From assembly GCF_902459465.1 (NCBI RefSeq), contig NC_047066.1:1116001-1180000 (forward strand): DNA of 64,000 nt, in the 5' to 3' direction. The translations under genes and the position numbers were made by a program. Shown one piece after another: positions 13,576 to 26,600 of this stretch. The stretch is from Asterias rubens (Eukaryota). The notes below the pieces were generated by a model that did no database searches, had not been told where the DNA came from, and worked only from the letters and a program-made list of their open reading frames with translations. The first letter of the stretch is position 1; the number at the start of each line of letters is the position of its first letter.

Positions 13576-16492
13576 TTATTTAGGTGTTCCTCCCTTTAAG
13601 TTTGATTCGTATGTTTGTTGCAGTTGTGTTTGTTAAGGGGTGTTGGTGTGTTGGTTTAGTGGTTTGCTTGTTTGTTTGTTGGTTGGTCCGGATCCGGAGC
13701 ATCAATTTTTATTTGGACCCAGTTTTTCTGATCCAGTCAATATTTAACCGATTCATCAAATTGAATTGTTTTTCTGCTAAAACTCAATCGTGGTTCGAGT
13801 TACCCCCATGTAATCGACCAGCCTAACTATATATACGAGACACACTCACAACTTCTATGCCAAGTGTTACCAATACAACGGCATGTATTGCCATTGTGAT
13901 GTTCACAAAATGTAATTATCCCATTATCATGAATTTATGAAGAGGGCGAAATATTAAAAGTATTATGTCAAGTTCTTTGAAAAAGGTGCTAGGTTTGATT
14001 TGTAACTGATCTGGTCTAGACATTTAGGTTGAGATTTTAAATATCTTTTAAATATTTTGTTTATAGATTCGAGGACTCAGGTATAAGGTACTAATTAAAG
14101 TATCATAATCATACAAAATATTCGCCAATGATAAAAGGTAATTATTTAAAAGCTTGAAGTTAATTATCATTGAGACCCGACATCATCTCACGCCAATAAG
14201 CCATGAACAAACAATTATTGCATGCAACATGTATTAATTTCGACAATATTATTATTATCCGCATCTTTCGGCCAAAAGCTGACCGTAGCAACGATTATTT
14301 CTTGTTGTTTGTAAGTTTGGTTGTTGGTTTGTTGTTGTTGGCTTTTAAACACATTTTTTTTAATGATCTTTCTGTCAAGGGAACTCGGCAAACTTCCAAA
14401 AGGGACTCATAAACGCCAAGCTGGCAACAACCAATCTCTCTCATTCGAACATTGATCTATGAATTGCCAAAGCAAAACATTGCGATTCAGTAGAAAACGA
14501 CAGTACTTATTGTAGTCATTGTGAAATCAATTGTGCTTGGTAGGATTTAAAACTTGTGATATCAAATCATCCAGTCTAACCGTTTGACCACAGTGAGTTT
14601 TCAGCTATAACTAAAATTATGTTGTGTATACCCATTGAGAGAGACTTTGATGTGGAGTTTAAAAGCGATACCAACTGTGTGCATTTTAAAAGCAGGATAA
14701 CGCTACCAAGTTCTAAATTTTTAATCAGATTCACACTCTGTTTTTGCGGATTCGTAACAAGTTGACATTTTTTGTTTGTGCTATAAAGGGTTTAAAATTT
14801 TCATTTTTAATAGACCTAAATGATAAGCAAAGGCCCCTCAGCCTGAAGGAATATGTCTTAAATAATTTCACTTAAATAACTGCAGAACCTGACTATTCGA
14901 TGATTCGGGAATGTGATTATGGTTCCCTGATTTTGCTGTAAGTTTGAAATTCCACGGAACATAACAAAAAAATAATAATATTGGAGACTTGTAACATTGG
15001 TCCGCTATTTTTATTGCTTACTGTTGTTTATTCCCTTCATCCCAAGTATAACTAAACCGATGTTGGGAGGGAAAGGGTCGAATAAAATACAAGCAAAATG
15101 TACTCAAATGTTGTCAAATTCAGTTTTTTAGTCCTTATAAAAGTGAGGAAATGTTGAAGTCTCTTGTGTTACACCTTCAAGTGCAAATTGTTTTGTCTGC
15201 ACCATACGAAAACCATCTGATGACGTCACACTTCTGCTTCCGTTATGGTTTGTATACAGTTAATCTACGGTGATTTTATTTAGTTCATTCCTGAATTCAT
15301 TCCTGAATTTAAATGTTATCCAATCAAAAATTCGTTGATTAAGTTTTTCACCAACGAACAATTCTTGGTGTGGAATTTGCAGATCGCGTACAATTTTCTT
15401 GTTATTCCATTGTCGCCATGTTAACAGTTGTGCTCTAAAAGAAACTCCCATAAACTAACCCTTCATGCATCAACTTCAGATGAATTCAGGGACTTTAACC
15501 TTATAAGAACTTATCTATTTGAAAATAAGCTCATCACAAAACTGATTTTGACCTCAGAGCCCCCCCCCCCCCCCCCCCCCGTTGAATTTGTGGCCGCTCA
15601 ATAAAGTCTGGTCTGATAACTGTTGGCATTTTCAATTTCAATCTTTCCAAAACGGACCCTCAACACCACTCAACAATCACATTGAAGTCAGTGAAATGTC
15701 AATGAATCTGTCTGTATTTTCGAGAGTCATGGCAATGATAAAAGAAGAAGAGAAATAGATAAAGTTGAGTTTTCATTTAGATGCTGCCGCAAAACCATCT
15801 TTTCCATTTGGCCGTTTGTTTGCACTTTGTCCATCAAAATAACGAATACGTATTCACTTTATTGGACAACGGCCCAAAATATGGTTGCTATATTTAGGTG
15901 CTAATTCAATTTCATCGGGCAAATTCAATTTAAGCGTTGGCAATGACACCGGGGTTTACTTTCAACAACCCAAGAGTCCTGCATGGTTTAATTGGAAAGA
16001 CTATAACATCCGTGGTCTATACATCAAACAGTGAGATGTTTTATAAAGACAATTAAGATGTGGATTCAGTCAGCGATCGCCACGACAGAAGAACCATTTC
16101 AAAGTTGTCTTCCTGTTACTGCAAGAATCGGTGGAGGATACTGGGTGCATATCTGCTTCTTCATACCGGTGTTCCGTCTCCGTTGCCGGGGCACCACCGC
16201 ATCCTTAAAAACTCCTCATAAATTAAAAACCACCATCAGTTACCCATGCTTGAAAACAAATATTTGAGAAGACATGTTGTGATCATCGTCCACCGACAAC
16301 GCTGGAATTATCTCCATGCAAACCATTTAAATGCCGGTCGACGGTTGGTTCGTAACGTGCCCTATTTCTTGTTTTGTTTTTCACGAAATATTGAGAGCGA
16401 ATTTACCTTGACCGCTTTTATTAAACGGAGCACATCTGCTCACAAAGCACATGTTTATTGCGAACAGTTTCTATCAATAATTATTTGCAAAG

Positions 16493-17752
16493 ATGGGATC
16501 GGACGTGAGTACTGCTGAAGACTGCAATTTGAACAACACCGGTAATTTGTCAACAGCCGAGGTTGCCCAATTTTTGTTATTTAGCCCATTTGAGAAGGTC
16601 ACACGAGTGTCCGTCCTTCCAATGATTCTTGCGATTGGACTGATTGGGAATGCTGCCTTTCTCTTCACCATCGCCCAAGTCCGGAGCATGAGAACGGCAA
16701 CCAACTTTTATCTGTCGAATCTTGCTGTGTCAGACTCAGTGTTTCTGTCCATCGCTATCGTATCAAAGCTGCGAGAGTTTTCCATCTACGGGGTACCGAA
16801 CAGCGCGCCGCTACTCGGTATGCTGGGCTGCGTGCTCGGAGAGGTCACAAAGTACTTGTTCAGCTTCGCCGGTATGATTTTCATAACTTTTATATCTTTG
16901 GAGCGTTACATCGCCGTGTGTCATCCACTTCGACACCGACTCATCAACGGTTCAGGCCGGTCTGTAAAGCTCATCACACTCTGCTGGTTGGTAGCTCTAC
17001 TACTCGCTTTGTTTGTGGTACCTGCTAATCTCAAGTTCATACAGTTTTGCCTCTCATGGCCTGAAGATGAACCCGAACTGTACTCTGAGTATCCAACCAT
17101 TATTGGAAGATGTGCTGGATTAGGAGAGTGGGCTTACCAACTCTTCCATCTGACGCAGACCATACCCTTCTTCGTTGCTTTCTTTGGTAACGCCTTCTTC
17201 TACACCCGGATCCTACTCAAACTTCATCAGCGAGACACCGATGAGGACCGTAAGAGGGTGATCCGTACCCGGAACCAAGTAGCCACCATGTTGGTCGCCA
17301 ACGGAACAGTCTTCTTCTTTACCACAACCCCATTCGAAGTGACTTCATTCCTCCTCTTCGTGGAAGGATTCCTAGACTCCGAAATCATCCCACAAAACAT
17401 CAGACCATTCTTATTTGAAGTGAACCGTATCTTGTTGTACATCAACTCTGCTATCAACCCCATCGTGTACACCGTCACCAATGCTAGGTATAGACGCGCG
17501 TTTAGGAAGGCATTCATGCTGAACAAGTGCAGTAGCAGACGACTCAGGAATACAACGTTATCAAGTGTTACCCCTGCTCAAAACGCATACCAACTCAATG
17601 GTGTTGACCCGTCGATACCAATTCCGGCTTCCGAAGCTAATCGTTCAGGTGGACCGTTTCTGAATCACGGCTTTGACTTCAACGAACACACGGGAACTAA
17701 AGAGAACGAAAATGCGGCTGGCGTGTTTCACGTACCTCATCAAACTGAGTGA
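16493..17752 (+). CDS. Class A GPCR, 419 aa, tandem paralogue of 10847-12145
   Basis: GN, LAVSD, ERYIAVCHP, INPIVY motifs; TM6-TM7 nearly collinear with the upstream paralogue (RTRNQVATMLVANGTVFF vs RTRNHVAFMLIVNGTVFF). Confidence 0.93.
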   Translation: MGSDVSTAEDCNLNNTGNLSTAEVAQFLLFSPFEKVTRVSVLPMILAIGLIGNAAFLFTIAQVRSMRTATNFYLSNLAVSDSVFLSIAIVSKLREFSIYGVPNSAPLLGMLGCVLGEVTKYLFSFAGMIFITFISLERYIAVCHPLRHRLINGSGRSVKLITLCWLVALLLALFVVPANLKFIQFCLSWPEDEPELYSEYPTIIGRCAGLGEWAYQLFHLTQTIPFFVAFFGNAFFYTRILLKLHQRDTDEDRKRVIRTRNQVATMLVANGTVFFFTTTPFEVTSFLLFVEGFLDSEIIPQNIRPFLFEVNRILLYINSAINPIVYTVTNARYRRAFRKAFMLNKCSSRRLRNTTLSSVTPAQNAYQLNGVDPSIPIPASEANRSGGPFLNHGFDFNEHTGTKENENAAGVFHVPHQTE

Positions 17753-17785
17753 ATAGACAAAACCCAATCTTATTTAGAGCCTGCT

Positions 17786-18137
17786 TGCACTGGACACTAT
17801 TGGTAATTACTTCAAATAATGTTAGCATAAAACTTACTTGGTAATTAGCAATGGCGAGCTGTTTATATGAAACATCGTGAGAAACGGCTCCCTCTGAAGT
17901 AAAATAGTTTTTGAGAAAAAGGTTATTTCTCACTAAAATATTAGGCCTAAAGCATTTTGTAAGGCATCTTGAAGCACACAAAGTAATTCAACAAGGGTGT
18001 ATTTTCTTTTATGAATCTCATGCAACTTTGATGATCAATTGATGCAAAATATTTACAGATTTGTTATTTTATGCATGTCGGGATACATCAATTGAGAATA
18101 CTGGCTTTGTCAAACACCAAACGTGTCCAGTGCCTCT
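17786..18137. mobile_element. Degenerate MITE family A just downstream of the GPCR stop codon
   Basis: CACTGGACACTATTGGTAATT ... GTGTCCAGTGCCT. Confidence 0.7.
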
Positions 18138-18746
18138 AAGTAGGATTTGAATCTTTGTATGGACGGTGGGGGTCAACCTCGTCCCCATGGTTTACTTTAT
18201 TTTCAACTATTGTATGTAACCGCTCGACACACCCTGGGGACGAGTTTGGGGGGTATACTCAGGTTAGGTTTTGCAGTATCACCATGTGAAAAGCTCTTTT
18301 GAGCAGTGTTGGTTCTAAGAAGAACAGTGGTTGACAACTTAACGTTTCGATCAGTCTGCTCTTTAAAATTTCTACCGCGGTTAATTTGTAATCCTTTATA
18401 GCCTAATTTGATGTACATATGAAAATGAAAAGTGTGTAAATATAATATGTCGTTTTAAAGGTGACATTATTGTAAAATTTAGCAGAACAAAATACTATGT
18501 TGTTGATTATAGCACGTATCTATACTCGATGTTATAAAGTATTTTTCTATTTACGTGTAATACTTCCCCCATCAGATTGTCTTCAGATTATCTTATATAA
18601 TATAAACAAGAGCGCTGAGAATCCGTGTAAATAAGGAAAGGCAAACCTTACTGCAGTTTTATTATTGGCCAGAAATTCCTCGTAGAAACGACGTTACATG
18701 CCTTAAAATATCGCCATAAGTGTTCCGAACCCGCATAAGAACTTAA

Positions 18747-19051
18747 AGGATTTGGGTACTTTTTGTATCACAAAACACAATGTCCACAGATTACAATACC
18801 TTACACCATTTGAAGATAATGATAGTAGAAAGCGTACCTTAAAATATTAGATGCTGAGGCCCTGTAATTTTTTTACATGCTAAAATTATTTTCGTCTCAT
18901 GATCAGTGAGACGAAAATTATTTTCATGACATTGTTTTACTCATTTCTCAAAAAATAAAGTACCTCAGAAAGTAATATTTTCTGGGAAGCTCTCTACTAT
19001 CATTATCTTCGAACTGTGTAAGTTTAGTGTAACCAAAAAGTACATCGACCC
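18747..19051. mobile_element. MITE family B
   Basis: TTAA|AGGATTTGGGTACTTTTT ... AAAAAGTACATCGACCC|TTAA. Confidence 0.75.
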
Positions 19052-19086
19052 TTAATACGTTTTCTCAAACCCGGCTCCACACTCGG

Positions 19087-19550
19087 CCGGTGTCGCATGC
19101 AATTATGTCCTCTATGCAATGCTATCTGGAGGACACTATTGTATATGAAATAATGTGCTTCGGACGGTTTTGCATATGCAATCGTGTCCGCCCGGACGCT
19201 GCTGCATAATGCAAAGTTGTGTCCGTTAGGACACATTTGCATATGCAGTTGTGTCCACCCCGTGCAAAACCGTCCTTGCAGTAAATTAAACGCCCTTGGT
19301 CGACGGAACACGTCCGCCATTTTTTACAAACTGAGTGCATGTGTCATGAATGACATGGGAAATGTTCGGCCGTTGGTATTCGCTGAAATCATAAAACGTG
19401 AGTATTCATGCTGCATATACGAAGTTCAGTGCATATGCACGATCGCTTACGTGCGCACACTTTTTTGCATAGCCCCGGATACGATTGCCTATGCAAAAGT
19501 GTCCGGAGCGGACAATATTGCATGGCGGACACAACTGCATCTTACACCGG
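19087..19550. mobile_element. Inverted-repeat element built from palindromic GGACA..TGCATATGCA..TGTCC units
   Basis: Ends CCGGTGTCGCATGCAATTATGTCC / GGACACAACTGCATCTTACACCGG; the internal unit recurs near both ends. Confidence 0.65.
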
Positions 19551-20848
19551 CAGAGGTTTGTATCCCAATCCCAAACTAAGACTTACACATTTTAAAGATT
19601 AATTTCTTTTCACATAATAATTTCAGGCTCCCTCATGGTATGCTTGTGGTGATTATTGTCAAAGACCCCAGTTACTTCGTGTGCCCCAATGCAAAACATA
19701 ACAAACCTGTCAACATTTGGGCTCAATTTTGGTTAGTAATCGAAATTGCAAGAAAGTGTTCAATGAAAATACACTCTTGTTGCATATGCCTACTGTGTTT
19801 TCAGAAGTCGAAGAAAGGCCCCATGTCTGAAGCCTTTTTCAGATGCAACATTGTTGGGTGAAGTGTGACCCTCCAAAGCTGCCCTACTTCAATAGGTAAT
19901 GTTTCTCAGAAGTGTTTTTATATCGACAGCTCTACAGTGCTCTCTTTACTGGTAAGTTTATAACATTATTAAGGTAATTAATTTTGGAGTAATTACCGCA
20001 TATATACCCCCCATCTGTAGTCACAACGTCTATGTTTTTTGATAAACCATTTTACATTAAATTAATATCAAACTTGTGAAAATGTGTGCTTATTTCGTTG
20101 TAAGTCAGGATAAAATAGTGGTGGGCTCTTTAGATTCCTATTAATTTCAGAATGAATCTTTCCCAGAAAGTTACTCCAGTATGAATTTTCTAATTAGTAA
20201 GTTTACAAAAAAATGATAATCCTTCTGATCTGTTTAATTACCTTTAAAATTTATGTTGTGTTAAAGTAATAACTTTTTCCAGTGTTTTCAACAAAATTGA
20301 TAACGAAAGCAAGAGCAGCTTGCAGAATTCAAAGTGAGGTGATTCTGCACCCCCCCCCCCCCGCCCTCCTTTACGGCGAACTGTATAAAAAGTACTTCTG
20401 GTAGCGCCCTCAAGTTTGAAATAGATCTACGGCGGACAGATTTCCCTGGGACGCCGATCTCTTTGGAATTCAATTTACCCTCTGAAATGTTTTATTCAGT
20501 TTTTACACGTGGGGGGGGGGGGGGGGGGGGATATTTCAAATTAAGATAAATTACTAAAGTCAATGTCAATTAAAGATATAGAAAGCCATTTGTTTTGAGT
20601 GTGCATGTTTTTCTTTGATGGACCAACTCAGTTCCTTCCTCGTTTAAACATTAAACATATTAAAAATTAAAAATTTGACAGGTCTATAATTGATCCGTGT
20701 AGACCCTTGTACTCTTTAAAAACTTGGGTGTTCAAATTGTGCTGTCACTTTTAGATACTGAAGAGAACATCTAAATTAACATGATCATATGGTGTTATAT
20801 AGTTACACAAAAATGTTTATTGTTTTTGCAGAAATAAGTGTTTTTTAA

Positions 20849-21096
20849 AGGGAAGGTACACGTTTGGTAATTACTCAAAACAAATATTAAAAGACTTCTA
20901 CTAGCTATAAGTTTTTTTATTCCTATCTGAAAGCACACAAATCCGTCCAACAAGGGTGTTTCTTCTTTCATCATTTTCTCGCTAGTCCGATGACCAATTG
21001 AGCTCAAATTTTCACAGGTTTATGTTATGCTTATGATGGGATAGACCAAGGGTGAGGACACTGGTTTTTGACAGTTACCAAATGTGTACCTTCCCT
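20849..21096. mobile_element. TTAA-flanked MITE, family A-related
   Basis: TTAA|AGGGAAGGTACACGTTTGGTAA ... TTACCAAATGTGTACCTTCCCT|TTAA. Confidence 0.85.
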
Positions 21097-22964
21097 TTAA
21101 ACACACTGTTGTGTACAATTTGATTATTTTTCTGCATCAACTGAAAAGCTTTGGGTCAGTGGAAATGGGGTTGGTTGAAGGGGAACGTTGTAGGCCGGCT
21201 ATGTGGTAGTCTCTAAATCAAGTCGGTAAATGTTAAGCGCCGTGTAGTTACGGGGGCTACAACCTCGATCCCAGTATGTGTGTGGGCCAGTCTGCCACGT
21301 GCGACCTATGACCATTGCATGAATGTAAAAATCACACTGTGTCTGTTGCATGAACGTCATAATGTGTGCTTGTAACAGGCAGCGCTGACGACTTGTCGTC
21401 AAGTCTAGCTATTTGGGTGAAGTTAGAGAAATTGAGTTCAATTGAGATGAAGTAATGATAAATAACTGTGGTTGAAGGGGGGGGGGGGGGGGTGTCGTCA
21501 GTGCCAGGACATTTCAAAGTCCAAAAGTGGAAGAACTGTGTCTGTGCATCGTGCATTAACAATCTATTGCTTGCTGTTCCTTAGCCATACATCAGAGTAA
21601 TACACGGTTCTATTTCATTAAATGTATTTTAATAAGTTCACAACTTCACACAATAGTTTTTCAATCTGCCTATCGAGAGCTTCCACAAGCCACAAATGAC
21701 ATATTTCAGATTCTTACAACAGAAGGAATCATTGATAAAAAAAAACTATTTAGAAATCACTTTTCATTCACAAACAAATAGATTTAATCACACAAAAGAA
21801 ATGGCATTTTCTTAAATGCACTTGAAATTATACGTTATTGACAGCCAAATCCTTCCCAAGATATAAGGATGTTATACTTTTAATTAAAGGTATTGGACAG
21901 GATTGTTAGAAACAGACAATGTTTGAGAATTTTGTGAGAAACCGTAATGTGCACATGTAACTGTGCAAGTTTGGACCAAGTCTGTTGTGCGAGTCAAAAG
22001 GAAACGCACTGTTCATAATTTTGGTTGGAACAACTGAAATCAACTATTGCATTTTTGTGCAGGCTTTAGATACAGTTTTGTACAATAAATGACTTCATTT
22101 CAGAGGGAAATATTTCACAGAAAGAAAATGGTTCTAGTATGAAATTCATAATCAGTAAGGTTTCAGAAAATAATGAAAATAGGAATGAGGTCAAGATGGT
22201 ACGTTGAGAGAAAACAAGAGTTTTTTTTTAACAAGTCTTACATTAAATATTTTCAAGACTAGGTAAATTTTTTAAAGGGTGTTTCTATGAATCACCCCAT
22301 GCAATTCTTTTATTCTCTTATTTCTTTTGTGGCAGGAAGTCACTTTAACGCATGCAGACAACAACAGTGGTAATTGTCAAAGACCAGTATTGGCATTTCG
22401 TGTAACCCAAATATATACACATGAAACAGCAAACCTGTGACAGTTTTAGCTCAATTGGTCACGAAAGACACAAGAAAATAGTGAAAAACCCCATAAAACA
22501 TTTTCACCGTTATCAATTGAGCTTTGGACCGACAAGATTAAAACTAATTACTTATAAATATAATTTCTCAGACAAGTCCATAGCATTGCAGGCAAACATA
22601 TTCAAAGAAAAGTTGTTCACATCATCATCTTTATATCATGTGCAAATCTGTGAACATTTATATTTTCAATAATAGCAAGGTTTAGCTGCATGCTACGTGA
22701 GTAAATACATGAATCTGAACAGAAAAAAAATTATGTAGTTTCTGGGTGACGTCGCCACTTTAGGCTTATTGCATGCTCACATACGACATCAGTGCGCACA
22801 GACGTACCTGATGTGAAAAATGGAAACTTCACGAATGCTAAAATTGCAGAACGTACAGCTAAACCTCCCTATTTCCAACGCACTCTTTGACTATTTTTTC
22901 CAGACTGAGCTTCCACAGTGCATCTACTGCTCACTTCTTTTGAACAATGACATACATCTGATGA

Positions 22965-23219
22965 GGTTTGCGGTAGCACCATGTGTTTATTTCTTTAGAG
23001 GAGTGTTGGTTCTGAGAAGAACTGGTGGTTGACAAGTCATTATTTCAACATTCTCTGCTCGTCTTCGTTGTTTTGATCAGTATGCTCTGATCAGCATTTT
23101 GATCAGTATTCTCTGCTCGTCTTCGTGAAGATGATCATAGCATACTGAAATGTATTTCTCAGTGCTTCTCAGAACCAACTCTACGCAAAAGAGATTTACA
23201 CATGGTGCTACCACAAACC
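22965..23219. mobile_element. Long inverted-repeat interspersed element
   Basis: GGTTTGCGGTAGCACCATGTG..GTTGGTTCTGAGAAG / CTTCTCAGAACCAAC..CACATGGTGCTACCACAAACC; related partial copies near 18272, 37487 and 50714. Confidence 0.7.
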
Positions 23220-23384
23220 CCACCTGATTATAACCCCACCGTGCAAAGTTTCAAATCCTACTTAATGACCTACATGTCTAACTGTATTCTTTGGTTAATT
23301 TTCTACACACCTTTTAGCGATGTGCATCCATCTTTGATGAGTAAAGCGCTCTATAAATGTATGTATTGCATTTGCTGAGATGTA

Positions 23385-23540
23385 GAACGATGAGCCATTC
23401 CAACAGCTTTATTCCATGTACATGTACTGCATCTCTTTGGAACTCTTGGCCTGGTACATGTTTCCTTCCATCCTACAATCCAGACTGTTTTAAGAGGAAT
23501 ATCAATTCCTACCTTCAGCTCCCCGAGCTCTTTTCACATT
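23385..23540 (+). mobile_element. CR1-type LINE 3' ORF2 relic
   Basis: Translation RTMSHSNSFIP..ASLWNSWP..F.PSYNPDCFKRNINSYLQ matches the recognisable C-terminus of CR1-clade ORF2. Confidence 0.65.
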
Positions 23541-23644
23541 GAAGAGTTTTTCTTCTAGTAGCCCCTTTACCAAGAGTGGCTTTGAACCTTGTTTTGGGCG
23601 AACATGCATACAAAAAATATTTAAAAACCTTCAGAGCAGTTGTC

Positions 23645-26600
23645 TTAAACCCTATCCTTGTTCTTGGGCGAATCAGCAAGTCCAGGAATATCGGAGAGGT
23701 TAAAGGGTGAGGTTAAACCCAACTCCTGCTGTACGGCCATCATGTCATCCACGTTCATGTCACGGACTTCTAACCAATCAGAGAGCAGCGATGCAGACAG
23801 TGGCCCAGAATCCAACTTACTGAATAAAACAGAATAAAGCATCATCAGTTTAGTAAGTTCACTTATAAGTTACTCGCTCATAAATGCAGTCCTTTGTACA
23901 AAAAGCCAGTTGCAAGTTAGATTTGAATAATGTCTGGTACAATGACTGGCTATGTCACACCTTTCTGCATGAATTTGAGTTCCTCAAACTGACAGTTTCC
24001 ATGTTTGGGGCAAACCTGGTCCAGGGCAACACCCAGTCTGGGTGTTTGTGTTGCCTCATATACAATTTTGAATTAATGTGTATGGTAAAAAAATAGTGCC
24101 TGGGTTTGCTCATCTGGAGGTTACTAAATACCAGAACAGATAAACACATTGTAGATGCTAAAATAATTATTTTTGTGAAAATGTTTTACGCTTTTCTAAA
24201 AAATTACAGCACCTCGGCAAATTAAATTGTATGGGAAGCTTTCTACCAATATTATCTTCAAACCCTGTAATTTTAATGTAAATCTGTGGACATTGTGTTT
24301 TGTGTTACAAAAAGTACCGAAGCCCTTGAGGTCTAACAAAATAGGTACATGTAATAAAATTGATTGGGTTGTGGATGGTTAGTTATTAGATATAATAATA
24401 ACTATAATAATGCATAATGCGCCATCTATCTAGTGTTAGTGTACAAGACCCTATTCCGAGGCGCAGAACAAAACACAAACATACGTATACAACAAAAGAG
24501 AAATACAGAATACAATGAAAATTATACAATGAATAACCTGAATAATCTGCCCCCGATTTCACGAAACTCATCGCAAGTAGCGAAGCATCGTAGGGTTTGC
24601 GATGCGTCGCAGACTTAGACACGTCGCGGCTGCGACGAGTTCCACAATCCATTTCACCAAACACGTCGTAAGCGCGACGAGTTGCAACTCAAACCATTTT
24701 CACTCTTAATAAAAACAACCCTTTGGACGAGGATGAACTATTAAAGTTGTACGGCTGTTTCGTGTTGTTGCAACTTGGGTCATGGAACAGTCGTATATAA
24801 TTCATTCAAGATGGCAGACACTCAGTACCGTTCCACGCACACATGGACGCACTGGCGAGAAATCGTGGAAAATGATTGGAGTAGAGTGAAAAGCGAGTGA
24901 AATGTCGTCTGCTGAAGTTGTGAAAGGCGCTGAAAGTACTCACTCAAAGTAAGTATTGTTGTTGAGTAGAATTGTGTCGATCTTTTGGGTGTCATTCTTA
25001 GAGACTACATTCAAGTATTCCGAGTGCAAATTATTACATTACAGTTACACAGTCAGTCAGTCGCTACGATAAAAAGGTCAACTGTTCGTTGTTGTTACTG
25101 AACCAAGTATCAGCCCGCTGCAGCAAAAACATGAAAAAAGCGTACGTACATGTAACTTTGTTTAACGTTATGTATCGTTTAGCGTGTTGTTCTCGTTTTT
25201 GTTTTGTGGAGCGAGGAAACGATTTACAACATTCGACAGCAACTTCAATCAAGTGAAACAATTTGGTTCTTGCAGAATATAACAATCTGCTACACTGAGT
25301 GTCAGACTCACTGTCCTGACAGTTATTTTATTTATTTAAAATAATATGTCAATAATTACAATTTACATGACATGAAATGAATCTTTGTAGAGCACCGACT
25401 GACCAGAGCCTGAGGGTAGCACACAAAAAATGTGTTGGGCATCAATCAATTCATTCATGACAATCAAAAACTGTCACAAAACGAGTCACTATCATCATCA
25501 GAATATGCTATAATAAAAATACCATAAATTATTGCTCTAGAATTGCCAGCGTCAGGAGGGTTGTGTGGGTTCCAATCCCACCCGAGTAACATGCCTGTGA
25601 TATTTTTTCACAGGACTCAGGGGAAAGTACTGAGTATACAGTGCTAACTAACACACATCGGTGTGTGGGTAAAAACCAAAATTAATATAAATTATTTATA
25701 AATATATAATTATAGCCTTATAAAATACCATATAAAATTTATTACTTAGTCATGTTAGTAGAGAAAACTCAGCAATGCTTGCGACTTACTTGGTTTTTAT
25801 TTACATTTGATGACTGTCATGACTGTAGTAGGCTAATGTAACTTTGTGCACTTTTTTGCCGATATAAACAAAATGTGTGCAGAAACACTAAAACGTCTGA
25901 CCGCTCACCAAACTGGGAGCATGAAGAAGTGGCGGTTTTGTGTGCCTTTGTGAAAGCAAATACAGCCGCGTTATTTGGAACGAACACGAAGGGAAAGAAG
26001 GCCGATGCAGGTGTGGAGAGTGTGAAGACTGAACACTGGAAACAGTTATCAGAAGTTCTTGTTGCGAGTGGGGGACGCAAGCGTGATCATGATAAGATCC
26101 GTCATAAGTGGTCAGATGTGGCCAGCAAGGCCAAGGCTTACCACCGAGAGTTTTCCAAGACAGGTGAGTAAGTTTTCCTTTTTCGGGGTACTTATTTATC
26201 CCTATTTACCGTGCAATGTATTTCATTCCATTTTATCCATCTCAGCTCTGCTCTGTGGGGATTTGCGGGGGGGGGGGGGGAGGGGGGCTTACAACCTGTT
26301 CTGCAAATATACATGTGAAGTAACACACACCAAGCTCATCATTCACAAAAACCATCTCTGCCCTCAGCCAATTACATAAACCACACTGGGTTTACAGAAG
26401 CACCTTAAAAGTATAACTCGGTCTTCGCCTCATTTAATATGAGACGCGCAAGCACAATATTTTTTGAATTCCACTCGTGCTCGTGTAATAACCAACGTTA
26501 TCCACCAATCAGATGCTCGAACTGGAGGGTGGTATAAAAACCTTTACTTACTTCCAGTGTTTTTATTAGACAGTGCGTATTGCAAGTGTCATGAAAGTGG

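Noticed and set aside
23100-23160. Hammerhead-ribozyme-like core (TGAAGA-TGATCA..TGA-AA) in the inverted-repeat element; similar pieces at 2390-2460 and 18330-18360
   Set aside because: No copy in the window has an intact CUGANGA plus GAAA core with paired stems. A family consensus could still be tested with an HHR covariance model.
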